Assembly: GCA_965212055.1 (NCBI GenBank)
Contig: OZ243041.1
Span: 352,001-416,000 of the forward strand
Source: Fidelibacterota bacterium
GTDB lineage: Bacteria > Fidelibacterota > Marinisomatia > Marinisomatales > Marinisomataceae
Reading direction: 5' to 3'
DNA length: 64,000 nucleotides
Position 1 is the stretch's first letter; every line of letters begins with the position of its first letter. Shown here in pieces: positions 1 to 10,765 of the stretch. Under the pieces are notes generated by a model. It was not told the origin of the DNA. It saw only the letters and a program-made list of their open reading frames with translations, and made no database searches. The position numbers and the translations under genes were made by a program.

Positions 1-173
1 TCTTGATCGACAGGTTTTCCTTTATAATAAAGAATTCCGTCATGATAGTATGCATGATGAGGCAAGTGTTCTTCACCTGTATTCTTACACTTGACAGTAC
101 GTACTAGTGAAGATTTATAATGAGTTCTTCTCTTTTTTGACCTCGTTTTTGATTGTCTCTTTTTTGGTAACAT
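1..173 (-). CDS. rpmF: 50S ribosomal protein L32 (3' end runs off the window)
   Basis: Not in the ORF track. Manual translation gives MLPKKRQSKTRSKKRRTHYK...KCKNTGEEHLPHHAYYHDGILYYKGK, the L32 pattern. Confidence 0.93.
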   Translation of the reverse strand, partial: MLPKKRQSKTRSKKRRTHYKSSLVRTVKCKNTGEEHLPHHAYYHDGILYYKGKPVDQ

Positions 174-229
174 TTTTTTCCTTAATCAGCGCCAATATAA
201 ACAAATAAATGTTTGAATTAAAATAATTT

Positions 230-607
230 TTATAATTCTACTTGATTAATCCAACAGTCATATCCTAATTTTTCTTTAATGATATTTGCTGTCTTAGAAG
301 CATCTTCTCTAGAAGAGAAGTTTCCATAACGAATTCTATATCTTGCATCCGGATTGGTATCATTTTTTTGGATAAATGCATCAAAGCCAATTTCATTGAG
401 TTTCTTAACTACATCAATCGCTTCAGGAAAATTTTTTCTTGCAGCAACTTGTATAATGAAATATATATTATCATCTTTATCTACTATATTTGATTCTACA
501 TTTTGAGGTGTCTTATCTTCTTCTAAAGTAATATCAAGCCATGCATCGCTAGATTCTTGTGCATAGCATATAGTTATCAGAAGTAGTAATGTAATATATT
601 TAGTCAT
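230..607 (-). CDS. Secreted SPOR-domain protein
   Basis: Signal peptide plus SPOR motifs FIIQVAA...YRIRYGNFSSREDA. Confidence 0.8.
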   Translation of the reverse strand: MTKYITLLLLITICYAQESSDAWLDITLEEDKTPQNVESNIVDKDDNIYFIIQVAARKNFPEAIDVVKKLNEIGFDAFIQKNDTNPDARYRIRYGNFSSREDASKTANIIKEKLGYDCWINQVEL

Positions 608-1001
608 TGAAGAAGAAGTTGATTTCTTTTATTGCGTTTTCATTGCTATCTGAACCATGCGTAGCATTCATAGATACATCTGTTCCATATTTATTTCTTA
701 TAGTTCCAATCTCAGCTTTTTGTGAATCTGTTGCGCCCATAAGCTTTCGCCATTCTTCTACAGCATTTTCTTTCTCTAATATCATAACATGACATTCATA
801 TGATGTCATAAACTCTACTAATTCATCAAAAAATGGTTTTTCTTTATGAATATCGTAAAAAGAACATGCCTGTTTATCTGTAAGCAACAATGTTTTTTCT
901 TTCAGAATGCTAAATCCATTGTCTATAATATCTTCTTTGATATTATTCATATTATCTTTTTTCATTGCGTCTGGTTTTATAATTGCTAGTGTTTGATTCA
1001 T
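600..1001 (-). CDS. ndk: Nucleoside-diphosphate kinase
   Basis: QTLAIIKPDA, GTIR, NATHGSDS catalytic His motif. Confidence 0.97.
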   Translation of the reverse strand: MNQTLAIIKPDAMKKDNMNNIKEDIIDNGFSILKEKTLLLTDKQACSFYDIHKEKPFFDELVEFMTSYECHVMILEKENAVEEWRKLMGATDSQKAEIGTIRNKYGTDVSMNATHGSDSNENAIKEINFFFND

Positions 1002-1004
1002 TTA

Positions 1005-1880
1005 TTATCCTATTATTCTTTTCATAGTACTTCCAATTTCCGACACGGTATTCGAAATTGTAACCCCACATTCTTTTAATATGTTAATTTTTGCTTCAGC
1101 AGTTTCTGATCCCTCTGATATGATAGCACCTGCGTGACCCATTCTTTTTCCCTTTGGAGCTGTTTGACCAGCAATAAAGGAAACAACAGGTTTATTCATG
1201 TTATCTTTTATCCATTTTGCAGCTTCATTTTCCATATTACCACCTATTTCTCCAATCATAACAATTCCTTTTGTTTCTTCATCTGCATCAAAGTGTTTTA
1301 GAATATCAATCATGCTTGAACCAATTACTGAATCACCACCAATTCCTACTGCTGTTGTTAGTCCAAGTCCTATATTAACAACTTGGTCGATAGCTTCATA
1401 TGTTAATGTTCCAGATCGGGATAAAATTCCTATGGATCCTTTTTTACAAATAAAACCAGGAGTAATACCAATTTTTGATTCTTCTGCAGTAATAATACCT
1501 GGACAATTTGGTCCTATTAGTATACTAGAAGATTTATTAAGCATATTTTTTACCTGAATCATATCTCTAACAGGTATCCCTTCAGAAATGCATACTATTA
1601 ATTTGATATTTTGTTCAATGGCTTCAATTATTGCAGCTGCTGCAAATTTTGGAGGAACAAAAATAGTAGTAGCATGAATATCAAATTGTTTTTTTGCATC
1701 TTTAATTGAGTTAAAAACAGGTAATTGATTATTTGTAACTACTTGTCCACCTTTTCCTGGAGTAACTCCACACAATACTTTCGCATTATAGTTAAGCATT
1801 TGTTCAGTATGAAAGAGACCTTCAGATCCAGTAATTCCTTGTACCAAAATATTTGTATTCTTATCTAAAAGTATTGACAT
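1005..1880 (-). CDS. sucD: Succinyl-CoA ligase alpha subunit
   Basis: VQGITG, IGPNCPG, SRSGTLTYE, RMGHAGAI. Confidence 0.98.
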   Translation of the reverse strand: MSILLDKNTNILVQGITGSEGLFHTEQMLNYNAKVLCGVTPGKGGQVVTNNQLPVFNSIKDAKKQFDIHATTIFVPPKFAAAAIIEAIEQNIKLIVCISEGIPVRDMIQVKNMLNKSSSILIGPNCPGIITAEESKIGITPGFICKKGSIGILSRSGTLTYEAIDQVVNIGLGLTTAVGIGGDSVIGSSMIDILKHFDADEETKGIVMIGEIGGNMENEAAKWIKDNMNKPVVSFIAGQTAPKGKRMGHAGAIISEGSETAEAKINILKECGVTISNTVSEIGSTMKRIIG

Positions 1881-3046
1881 TACACTGCCTCCACTGCTTT
1901 TTTAGCAGCTTCGTTTATTGTTTCAGCACTAATTATATTAATACCAGAATCATCAAGTATTTTTTTAGCCAAATCAGCATTTGTTCCTTGAAGTCTTACA
2001 ACAACGGAAGCATCCAAATCTAATTCTTTAACAGCCTGAATGACTCCATTTGCAACTCTATCACATCGTACAATTCCACCAAAGATATTAATTAGAATCG
2101 ATTTTACATTACGATCAGATAGAATAATCTTAAATCCATTTTTAATAGTCTCTACATTAGCAGCACCACCAACATCTAAGAAATTTGCTGGTTCACCTCC
2201 ATAATGTTTTATTATATCCATAGTTGCCATAGCTAATCCGGCACCATTAACCATACATCCTACATTGCCATCAAGTTTAATATAATTTAGTCCATATTCA
2301 GACGCTTTCAGTTCTAGTGGATTTTCTTCTGATTTATCTCGATATGATTTGATTTCAGGATGTCTAAAAAGAGCATTAGAGTCAATATTTACTTTAGCAT
2401 CCAGTGCAATAACATCATCATCTGTAGTAATAACAAGTGGATTAATTTCTAACAAAGAACAATCTGATTCATAATAACATCTATATAGTTTTCTAAAGAT
2501 GTCTTCAATTTGATTTTGATACTTTTCTAATGAAAGTTTTGAAATAATCTCATTAATTCCATTTAAAAGAGAATTTTCTGAGTCATTAATCCAAGCTTTA
2601 ATAATTTTTTCTGGTGAATTGTTGGCAACTTCTTCAATATCAACACCGCCTTCATCTGATACAATCAATACATCACAATTTTTTGAACGATCAAATGTGA
2701 TAGCAAAATAATACTCTTTTTTAATATCCAGAGCTTCAGTAATAAGTATTTTATTTACTTTTTTACCTTCAGGACCGGTTTGATGTGTAATGAGATTCAT
2801 TCCTAAAATACTATTAGCTGCATTTTGAGCATCTTCATAAGTTGCACAATATTTTACTCCACCACCTTTGCCTCTTCCTCCAGCATGAACTTGTGCTTTA
2901 ACAATTACTGCTTCAGTGTCAAAGTTTTCTTGAACTCTTTTGATAGTAGAATTGATATCTGCTTTATCATTTAGAGGGTGACCTCTTTGAATCGGAATAT
3001 CAAATTTTTCTAAAATTTCTTTTGCTTGATATTCATGAATCTTCAT
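1880..3046 (-). CDS. sucC: Succinyl-CoA ligase beta subunit
   Basis: MKIHEYQAK, KAQVHAGGRGKGGGV, NGAGLAMATMD, NFLDVGG. Confidence 0.98.
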   Translation of the reverse strand: MKIHEYQAKEILEKFDIPIQRGHPLNDKADINSTIKRVQENFDTEAVIVKAQVHAGGRGKGGGVKYCATYEDAQNAANSILGMNLITHQTGPEGKKVNKILITEALDIKKEYYFAITFDRSKNCDVLIVSDEGGVDIEEVANNSPEKIIKAWINDSENSLLNGINEIISKLSLEKYQNQIEDIFRKLYRCYYESDCSLLEINPLVITTDDDVIALDAKVNIDSNALFRHPEIKSYRDKSEENPLELKASEYGLNYIKLDGNVGCMVNGAGLAMATMDIIKHYGGEPANFLDVGGAANVETIKNGFKIILSDRNVKSILINIFGGIVRCDRVANGVIQAVKELDLDASVVVRLQGTNADLAKKILDDSGINIISAETINEAAKKAVEAV

Positions 3047-4664
3047 GTTCGTCCATGAATGGGTACTGATATTTTACTGGAGGTTCAAACGTTTCTTTGA
3101 TAGTCCTTGGTGAAGTCCATCTTAATAGATTTAGCATTGATCCGGCTTTGTCATTTGTGCCAGATGCTCTGCTTCCTCCAAATGGTTGTTGACCAACAAC
3201 TGCACCTGTTGGTTTGTCATTTATATAGAAATTGCCAGCTGCAAATCTCAGTGTTGATTTTACCTCTTCAGCAATAGCTTTGTCTTCTGAGAAAACACAT
3301 CCCGTTAATGCGTAAGGGGAAGTATTATCAATAAGATCTAATGTTTCTGACCATTTATTATTGTCGTAAACATAAATTGTAAGCACCGGTCCAAAAATTT
3401 CTTCTTCTAAAGTTTTAAAGTGAGGATTCGTTGTTACAATAACAGTAGGTTGAATGAAATATCCTTTTGATTTATCATATGTACCTCCACATAAAACATC
3501 ACAATCATCTGCATCATTAGCAAAATCAACATAAGAAGCAATCTTATCAAAAGCATTTTCATCGATTACAGCATTAACAAAGTTTTTTAAATCTTCAGGT
3601 GGTCCAACGTTGATGGTTGCAACTTCTGTGACTAGTTTTTCTTTAATTTCATCCCATTGATTTTTAGGAAGATAAGCCCTAGACATTGCTGAACATTTTT
3701 GTCCTTGATACTCAAATGCTCCTCGAATCATTCCAGTTACTAAAGCATCAATATTTGCAGATTCATGTGCTATACAAAAATCTTTTCCACCTGTTTCACC
3801 AACAAGTTTAGGGTAGTTCTTATAATTCTCGATATTATCAGATACTGTTTTCCATATTGATCTAAATGTTTCTGTAGATCCGGTAAAATGAATACCAGCC
3901 AAGTCTCTATGATTTAAAACTTCGTTTCCAATTTCTGCTCCAGATCCTGGAAGAAAATTAATAACTCCATCAGGAAGTCCAGCTTCTTTATAAAGTTTCA
4001 TAATATAATAAGATGAATAAATAGCACTACTTGCTGGTTTCCATATTGCTGTATTCCCAAGTAAAGCAGGTGCAGCGGCAAGATTTCCACCAATACTAAA
4101 GAAATTAAATGGAGCTATTGCAAATACAAATCCTTCAAGAGGTCTAAATTCTAATGAATTATCCATTTCAGGAGGGGAGAATGGTTGAAAAACTCCATGC
4201 ATTTTATGAGCATATTCTATGTTGAAATTTAAAAAATCAATTAATTCGCATGATGCATCAACTTCTGCTTGAAAAATACTTTTTCCAATATCTAACATTG
4301 CTGCTGCATTGATTTTATATCTATAAGGTCCGGCTATTAAATCTGCAACTTTTCTGAAAATTGATGCTCTGTATTCTAGGGATGTAGTAGACCATGATTT
4401 CCAAGCTTCCATTGATGACTCAATAGTCATTTTTATTTCTTTCTCACCAGCTTGATGGCTTTGACCAAGGATATGATTATGATCATGTGGTTTGACACAT
4501 TTCTTTGTATTTCCTGTAAAGTGTTCTTTTCCATGAATAATAACAGGAATCTCAACTTGTCTACTTGATTGTCGTTCTAATTCTTTTAATAGCTCTTCTC
4601 TATGCTTTGAACCTGGTTCAAAATCGAGTATTGGTTCATTAATTGCTTTAAAATTTTTGTCCAT
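3033..4664 (-). CDS. pruA: 1-pyrroline-5-carboxylate (glutamate semialdehyde) dehydrogenase
   Basis: ALDH motifs PFNF, FTGST, GETGGKDF, QGQKCSA, QPFGGSRASGTNDKAG. Confidence 0.93.
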   Translation of the reverse strand: MDKNFKAINEPILDFEPGSKHREELLKELERQSSRQVEIPVIIHGKEHFTGNTKKCVKPHDHNHILGQSHQAGEKEIKMTIESSMEAWKSWSTTSLEYRASIFRKVADLIAGPYRYKINAAAMLDIGKSIFQAEVDASCELIDFLNFNIEYAHKMHGVFQPFSPPEMDNSLEFRPLEGFVFAIAPFNFFSIGGNLAAAPALLGNTAIWKPASSAIYSSYYIMKLYKEAGLPDGVINFLPGSGAEIGNEVLNHRDLAGIHFTGSTETFRSIWKTVSDNIENYKNYPKLVGETGGKDFCIAHESANIDALVTGMIRGAFEYQGQKCSAMSRAYLPKNQWDEIKEKLVTEVATINVGPPEDLKNFVNAVIDENAFDKIASYVDFANDADDCDVLCGGTYDKSKGYFIQPTVIVTTNPHFKTLEEEIFGPVLTIYVYDNNKWSETLDLIDNTSPYALTGCVFSEDKAIAEEVKSTLRFAAGNFYINDKPTGAVVGQQPFGGSRASGTNDKAGSMLNLLRWTSPRTIKETFEPPVKYQYPFMDEHEDS

Positions 4665-4693
4665 AATTTTCCTTATTATTTTTTCCTTTGTTT

Positions 4694-5674
4694 TTAGTGC
4701 CTAATATTAGATAAAATATCTTTCATTTCAGAATAATTCTTTACTAAAACCAATCTTTTTCGCAATGCCGATGCATCTTTAAATCCTTTAAAGTACCAAC
4801 CAAAATGTTTTCGCATATTATTTGTTCCAATGACTTCACCATGAGTTTGTACAAGTAAATCTAAATGTTTTTGACAGACTTCGAACCTTTCTTTCATGCT
4901 AATATTTTTTGGATCTTCATTATTCATATATTTTTTTATTTCAGTAAAAAACCAAGGATTACCAAGCGCAGCTCTACCAATCATAATACCATCGCAATTT
5001 GTAGTTTTGAACATTCTTTTTATATCATCAATGCTACTTACATCACCATTTCCAATGACTGGAATATCAACATTTTCTTTTAATTCTTTTATCAAATCCC
5101 AGTTTGCTTTTGATTTATACATTTGAACCGTAGTTCTTGGGTGTAATGTAATAGCTTTAACTCCAATTTTTTCAAGTTTAATGCCAGCTTCTGTACTAAC
5201 TATTTTTTCTGCATTCCATCCAGCTCTCATTTTAACAGTTACTGGAATTTTTGGAACAGATTCTACGACTGCTTGAGTAATATCTTCCATAAGACATAAA
5301 TCTTTTAATGCAGCAGACCCAGCTCCTTTCTTAGTTACTTTAGGTACTGGACATCCATAATTAATATCAATAAGATTTGGTTTAAATTTTTCATAGACAA
5401 CTTTGGCTGCATCTCTCATTACTTCAGGACTATCACCAAATATTTGAATTCCAATCGGTCTTTCGAAATCGGAAAACTGAATCATTTTGAGAGTTTTCTC
5501 GTTTTTTCTAATAATGCCATGTGCAGAGACAAATTCTGAATATACTATGCCAGCACCGAATTCTTTTGCTATTACTCTAAAAGCATAATCTGTCACTCCA
5601 GCCATAGGAGCTAAGAAGAAAGGGAAGTCTATATTAATATTTCCAATTTGTAATTTTTTTTTGAAATGAGTCAT
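4694..5674 (-). CDS. dusB: tRNA-dihydrouridine synthase DusB
   Basis: LAPMAGVTD, DINYGCPVPKV, TVKMR, GNGDV, MIGRAALGNPW. Confidence 0.92.
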   Translation of the reverse strand: MTHFKKKLQIGNINIDFPFFLAPMAGVTDYAFRVIAKEFGAGIVYSEFVSAHGIIRKNEKTLKMIQFSDFERPIGIQIFGDSPEVMRDAAKVVYEKFKPNLIDINYGCPVPKVTKKGAGSAALKDLCLMEDITQAVVESVPKIPVTVKMRAGWNAEKIVSTEAGIKLEKIGVKAITLHPRTTVQMYKSKANWDLIKELKENVDIPVIGNGDVSSIDDIKRMFKTTNCDGIMIGRAALGNPWFFTEIKKYMNNEDPKNISMKERFEVCQKHLDLLVQTHGEVIGTNNMRKHFGWYFKGFKDASALRKRLVLVKNYSEMKDILSNIRH

Positions 5675-5726
5675 AAATGATTTATATTTCCAAACCTTAT
5701 AAAATTAAACAAAAAAAGGTTAAAAA

Positions 5727-5963
5727 ATGTCAAGAGTTTGTGAAGTTACAGGTAAGAAAGTTATGCATGGTAACAATGTTAGCCATGCTCATAACAAAAC
5801 TCGTAGAAAATTCGATGTTAATCTTCAAAAGAAGAGGTTTTGGGTTGATAGCTTAAACAAGTCTATTACTTTAAGAGTATCTGCAAAGGGACTAAGAATT
5901 ATTGATAAAAAAGGTATTGATGTTGTGATTCGAGATTTAGTGTCTCAAGGAAGAAAATTCTAA
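5727..5963 (+). CDS. rpmB: 50S ribosomal protein L28
   Basis: [11 protein letters not shown]...[13 protein letters not shown]. Confidence 0.97.
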   Translation: MSRVCEVTGKKVMHGNNVSHAHNKTRRKFDVNLQKKRFWVDSLNKSITLRVSAKGLRIIDKKGIDVVIRDLVSQGRKF

Positions 5964-7421
5964 TTATTTTTTCCTTAATTCTTTATTCAGAACTTCAATA
6001 ATTTTTTTGTGATTTATTTTTCCACCAGAAACTTTCATTATCTTTCCTATAAAATAACCAAGTAATTTTTCTTCCCCATTTCTAAATCTAGAAACTTCGT
6101 CTCGATTTTCTTTAAGAACTGATTGTACAATCTCTTTAATGTTGATTTTTTTGGAATCATCAGCATATTTTCCATCTTTGAGAATTGTTTTAAGAGATGA
6201 TTTAGAGTGGAATAATTTTCTTAAGATATCTTTTCCAGAAGACACTGTTATTTTTTCCGTATTGACTAAAGATATAATTTCTGATAAATCTTTAGGACTG
6301 ATTTTCTTGCTATCAAATAATTTATTTTTTTCATTAAATAGTCTAAATAATTCTCCTGTAATCCATTTATTTGCATCTTTGGGATTTGTATTGACTGAAA
6401 TCATTTTTTCAAAATAGGATGCAATTTCAGCAGTGTTGGATAGAGTCATAGCTTCAATAGATGTAAAATTGTAATTTTTTATCCACCTATTTTCTAAGTC
6501 AAATGGAAGAAGGGGAAGTGATTTTTTGATTGATTGAATTCTTTTTTGATCAACTTCTACTGGTGGTAAATCAGGGTCAGGAAAGTATCTATAATCATCA
6601 GCATTTTCTTTGATTCGCATTACTTCTGCAATATTCTTTTCATTATTCCATGTAAGAGTTGCTTGTTTGACCGATTTTCCAGTCATCAACAATTTATGTT
6701 GTCTTTTTATTTCAGACTCAATTGCTTTTTGTACATTTCTAAAAGAATTAATGTTTTTAATTTCCGTTTTTGTTCCAAGTTTTTTTGAATTTTTCTTCTT
6801 AATGGAAATATTTGCATCACATCTTAACTTTCCTTGTTCCATTTCAGCATTAGATATAAGAATATAATTAACAACTTGTTTAATTCTTTGGATGAAAGCT
6901 CTTGCTTGTTCAGGATGAGACATAACTGGTTCTGTTACAATTTCAATTAAAGGAACACCGCTTCTATTAAAGTCAACCTCGCTTTTATTTTTAGAGAGGT
7001 TGTGAGTTAATTTTCCTGCATCTTCCTCAAGATGAGCTCGTGTTAGATCAATATTATATTTCTTATTATCCCACCAAATTGGGATTGACCCTCCTGTTAC
7101 AATTGGTTTTTCATATTGTGAAATTTGATATCCTTTAGGAAGATCAGGATAAAAATAGTGTTTTCTAGCAAATGAGAAAGATGAATTAATATTTCCCTTT
7201 ACTGCTAAACCAAATTTGATTGCAAAATCAATTGCTCTTTCATTAATAGTTGGCAAAGCTCCAGGCAATCCAAGAGAGGTGGGACATGTTAATGAATTTT
7301 CTGATTTATCATAAGAATACTCACATGAACTAAACATCTTAGAATTTGTCTCCAATTGAACATGAATTTCTAATCCAATAGTAAAATCCCAATCTTTATT
7401 TATTTGACTTATACCATTCAT
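5964..7421 (-). CDS. gatB: Asp/Glu-tRNA amidotransferase subunit B
   Basis: IGLEIHVQL, RKHYFYPDLPKGYQISQ, HLEEDAGK, DYRYFPDPDLPP. Confidence 0.97.
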   Translation of the reverse strand: MNGISQINKDWDFTIGLEIHVQLETNSKMFSSCEYSYDKSENSLTCPTSLGLPGALPTINERAIDFAIKFGLAVKGNINSSFSFARKHYFYPDLPKGYQISQYEKPIVTGGSIPIWWDNKKYNIDLTRAHLEEDAGKLTHNLSKNKSEVDFNRSGVPLIEIVTEPVMSHPEQARAFIQRIKQVVNYILISNAEMEQGKLRCDANISIKKKNSKKLGTKTEIKNINSFRNVQKAIESEIKRQHKLLMTGKSVKQATLTWNNEKNIAEVMRIKENADDYRYFPDPDLPPVEVDQKRIQSIKKSLPLLPFDLENRWIKNYNFTSIEAMTLSNTAEIASYFEKMISVNTNPKDANKWITGELFRLFNEKNKLFDSKKISPKDLSEIISLVNTEKITVSSGKDILRKLFHSKSSLKTILKDGKYADDSKKINIKEIVQSVLKENRDEVSRFRNGEEKLLGYFIGKIMKVSGGKINHKKIIEVLNKELRKK

Positions 7422-9676
7422 GATTGATTTGCTATAAGATTTAATGCAGATCCTGCTTTAAACCATGAAACTTGATTATTAGAAAATGTGTGTAAAGTAT
7501 TGATTGCATGTATTGATCCATCTGGTTTTTTTAGAGATAGTTTAATGTTATTTCCTGATTTGAATTCTTTCAAATTAACAGTTGAAATTATATCAAATGC
7601 CTCAATTAAATCATAATCTGATTCATTCTCAAAGATTAAAGGTATAATCCCTTGTTTTTTAAGGTTAGTTTGTGCAATCCTAGCAAAGCTTTTTGCAAGA
7701 ATTATTTTACAACCCATAAATCTTGGTTCCATAGCTGCGTGTTCTCTACTAGATCCTTCACCATAATTTTCATCTGCAATAACTATCCAATTAATATTAT
7801 TTGAATTATAATATTTAGCAACTTCATATATATTTTCTGTTTTTCTGTTGTCTGTATTAATTGCTTCACCGGTAGTTTCTGTAAAAGCATTTAATGCCCC
7901 AGAATACATATTCTGTGATATATTTTCTAAATGTCCTCTGAATCTAAGCCATGGTCCAGCTGGAGAAACATGATCTGTTGTACATTTTCCTTTTGTTTTT
8001 ATAAGTATTCTGAGATCTCCCATTTCTTTATTGTTCCATTTTTCAAAAGGTTGCAATATCTGCAGTCTTTTGCTGTTAGGATTAATAAAAATTTCTTTAT
8101 TAATTTCTGGGACTTCACAAGGATCAAAATCTAATGTTTTAACTTTTGCAAATCCTTTATCAGGCAATTCCGAACCCTCTGGTGCTTCAAATATAAATTT
8201 TTCATCGTTGTCAAGCATGATGCTATCCGAAATAGGATTAAAATCTAATTTTCCTGCAATTGCTAAAGCTGTAACAATTTCAGGACTAGCAACAAATGCT
8301 TCAGTTGCCGCATTTCCATCATTACGTTTTGCAAAATTTCTATTGAAAGAAGTAATAATCGTATTTTTCTCACCATCATTCACATCAGATCTCTTCCATT
8401 GACCGATACATGGTCCACATGCGTTGGCAAGTACTTCTCCACCAAGTTTTTCAAATATTTCTGTATATCCATCACGTTCCATCGTCGCTTTTATCTGATT
8501 TGAACCAGGAGTAATATAGAATTGTGATTTAGTTTTTAAACCTTTGTCTAGTGCCTGTTTTGCAACATGGGCTGCTCTTTCAATATCTTCATATGATGAG
8601 TTAGTACAGCTTCCAATTAATCCAACTTTTAGATTATTTTGATAATTATTTTTTTCAATTGCATTAGGCATTTCTGATATTTTTCTTGAAAGATCTGGAC
8701 TATAAGGACCAACAATATGTGGTTCTAATTCAGACAAATTAATCTCAATTACTTCATCATAATATTTTTCTGGATTATCAAAAACCTCATCATCAGCTTT
8801 TAATTCATCTTTTATTTTTTCGGCCTCCGCTCCAACTTCTGATCGCGATGTTGCAACAAGATATTCATACATTTTTTTATCATATGGAAAAATTGAGGTA
8901 GTTGCTCCAACTTCTGCTCCCATATTAGTAATTGTTGCCTTTCCAGTACAGCTTATACTTTGTGTTCCTTCACCAAAATACTCAATGATTTTTCCTGTAC
9001 CACCTTCTACTGTCAAAATTCCTGCAAGTTTTAATATTATATCTTTTGATGAAGTCCAGTTGTTTAATTTTCCAGTCAGTTTTACTCCAATAATTCCTGG
9101 CCAATTTACTTCCCACAAAGAATCAGTCATTACATCAACTGCATCTGCTCCTCCTACACCAATAGCGATCATTCCTAAACCTCCTGCATTCGGAGTGTGA
9201 GAGTCTGTTCCAATCATTAATGATCCTGGAAAAGCATAATTTTCTAGAACAATTTGATGTATAATTCCTGCACCAGGTTTCCAAAATCCAATTCCATACT
9301 TAGTACATACAGAAACCAGAAAATCATAAACTTCTTTATTTTTAATAATAGCATTATCTAAGTCATCTTTTGCACCATTTATTGCTGTAATCAAGTGATC
9401 ACAATGGACTGTTGTTGGAACAGCTGTGGTTTTCATTCCAGAATTTATGAATTGAAGCAAAGCCATCTGAGCCGTTGCATCTTGCATAGCAACTCTATCT
9501 GGTTTAATAGAACAAAATGATTTTGTTCTATTAGGGATAGATTCAAGCGGTTCACTTAAATGAGAGAAAAGAATTTTTTCAGTATATGTTAAAGGTCGAT
9601 TAAAAAATTCTCTAGCCTTAGGTATTGAATTAATATATTTTGAATAAGTTTCAGTTACTGTTTTTAAATCATTCAT
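7418..9676 (-). CDS. acnA: Aconitate hydratase (mitochondrial-like AcnA type)
   Basis: DRVAMQDATAQMA, HCDH, GTDSHT, GSCTNSS, ACGPCIGQW, GEGSSREHA. Confidence 0.95.
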   Translation of the reverse strand: MNDLKTVTETYSKYINSIPKAREFFNRPLTYTEKILFSHLSEPLESIPNRTKSFCSIKPDRVAMQDATAQMALLQFINSGMKTTAVPTTVHCDHLITAINGAKDDLDNAIIKNKEVYDFLVSVCTKYGIGFWKPGAGIIHQIVLENYAFPGSLMIGTDSHTPNAGGLGMIAIGVGGADAVDVMTDSLWEVNWPGIIGVKLTGKLNNWTSSKDIILKLAGILTVEGGTGKIIEYFGEGTQSISCTGKATITNMGAEVGATTSIFPYDKKMYEYLVATSRSEVGAEAEKIKDELKADDEVFDNPEKYYDEVIEINLSELEPHIVGPYSPDLSRKISEMPNAIEKNNYQNNLKVGLIGSCTNSSYEDIERAAHVAKQALDKGLKTKSQFYITPGSNQIKATMERDGYTEIFEKLGGEVLANACGPCIGQWKRSDVNDGEKNTIITSFNRNFAKRNDGNAATEAFVASPEIVTALAIAGKLDFNPISDSIMLDNDEKFIFEAPEGSELPDKGFAKVKTLDFDPCEVPEINKEIFINPNSKRLQILQPFEKWNNKEMGDLRILIKTKGKCTTDHVSPAGPWLRFRGHLENISQNMYSGALNAFTETTGEAINTDNRKTENIYEVAKYYNSNNINWIVIADENYGEGSSREHAAMEPRFMGCKIILAKSFARIAQTNLKKQGIIPLIFENESDYDLIEAFDIISTVNLKEFKSGNNIKLSLKKPDGSIHAINTLHTFSNNQVSWFKAGSALNLIANQS

Positions 9677-9832
9677 TTTTACTCAACAAAAATAACTAAA
9701 TTTACTTAAAAAAAAATGGAAATAATATTAGCATCTTTTAATTAAAAAGATTGACGGGTGTTATCATAATATTGTAGGTTTTCTGTTAAGGAAGTTTAAA
9801 AGTAGTGAAATCGAAAGAATATTAAAAAAATT

Positions 9833-10636
9833 ATGATTTTTTACTCACATTATAAGAAGATAAGAAGAGAACATAAAATTTCTCTAGAAGACATAAGTCG
9901 TAGAACAAAGATTGATGTCAAATATATAAAAGCACTTGAATCTGGAAAGTTTATTGAAGTTCCTAGTGTATATTTAAGATTATTTTTCAAAGCTTATATA
10001 AAAGAGATTGGTTGTGATGTTGATGAAGCCATTGATAGTCTAGATGATTTTTTAAATAAGAAAAAAGAAGGAAGAATTATTGATTCTCAGTATAAACCAG
10101 AAAAAAAAGATATTTTTAATATTCAATTATCTGATATACAAAGATCTAATGTTTTAATTGGTTTTATATTTATTATAGTTTTAGTGGCCATTATTACACT
10201 GCAAAATAGGCCCACTTCTTCGGTATTTGACAAAGAGGAATCTTTGCGACTAGATCAGAATGATCTAGAATCCCTTTATGAAATTAATTCTGAAGACTCT
10301 TTTACTGAAGACTTAAAGTTTCCTATAACCATTCGTTTCGAATCATCTGATGAGAATTATATTTATTTTTCCGATGGAAATTCTGAACAAGAATATTTTA
10401 TCTGTGATATTTGTGATAAAGGCCAATCTGATGTTATTGAGAAAAAATGGGATGGAGATAATAAAACAATCATAATAGGAAATACTAATGATATAAAATT
10501 AATTTTATATTCTAAATCTCAATTTGGATCTCCTGTTGATCTTTCTACTCGCATCGCAAATAGTTTTCCAGTTGTAGTGAATCTAGAGTCTGGCCCTACG
10601 GTAGTTTCTGTAATAAAATATATTCCTAGTAGATAA
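9833..10636 (+). CDS. RodZ-like HTH membrane protein
   Basis: N-terminal HTH_25 pattern (ISLEDISRRTKIDVKYIKALESG...YLRLFFKAY), then one TM segment and an extracytoplasmic domain. Confidence 0.75.
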   Translation: MIFYSHYKKIRREHKISLEDISRRTKIDVKYIKALESGKFIEVPSVYLRLFFKAYIKEIGCDVDEAIDSLDDFLNKKKEGRIIDSQYKPEKKDIFNIQLSDIQRSNVLIGFIFIIVLVAIITLQNRPTSSVFDKEESLRLDQNDLESLYEINSEDSFTEDLKFPITIRFESSDENYIYFSDGNSEQEYFICDICDKGQSDVIEKKWDGDNKTIIIGNTNDIKLILYSKSQFGSPVDLSTRIANSFPVVVNLESGPTVVSVIKYIPSR

Positions 10637-10701
10637 ACTATTACCCACTTTCTATTTTTTTATAGTTTTGGTCTAATTAAATATCTTTTTCAATAAACTT
10701 A

Positions 10702-10748
10702 TTGACTCAGATATGTCTTCTTATTAAGATAGGTGGTGAATTGTGGGT
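10702..10748 (+). promoter_or_regulatory. sigma70 promoter of the dcw operon with MraZ-type boxes
   Basis: TTGACT(10702)-17 bp-TAAGAT(10725), followed by GTGGT(10733) and GTGGG(10743) at 10-bp spacing. Confidence 0.7.
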
Positions 10749-10765
10749 AATTTTCCCTTTTTATT

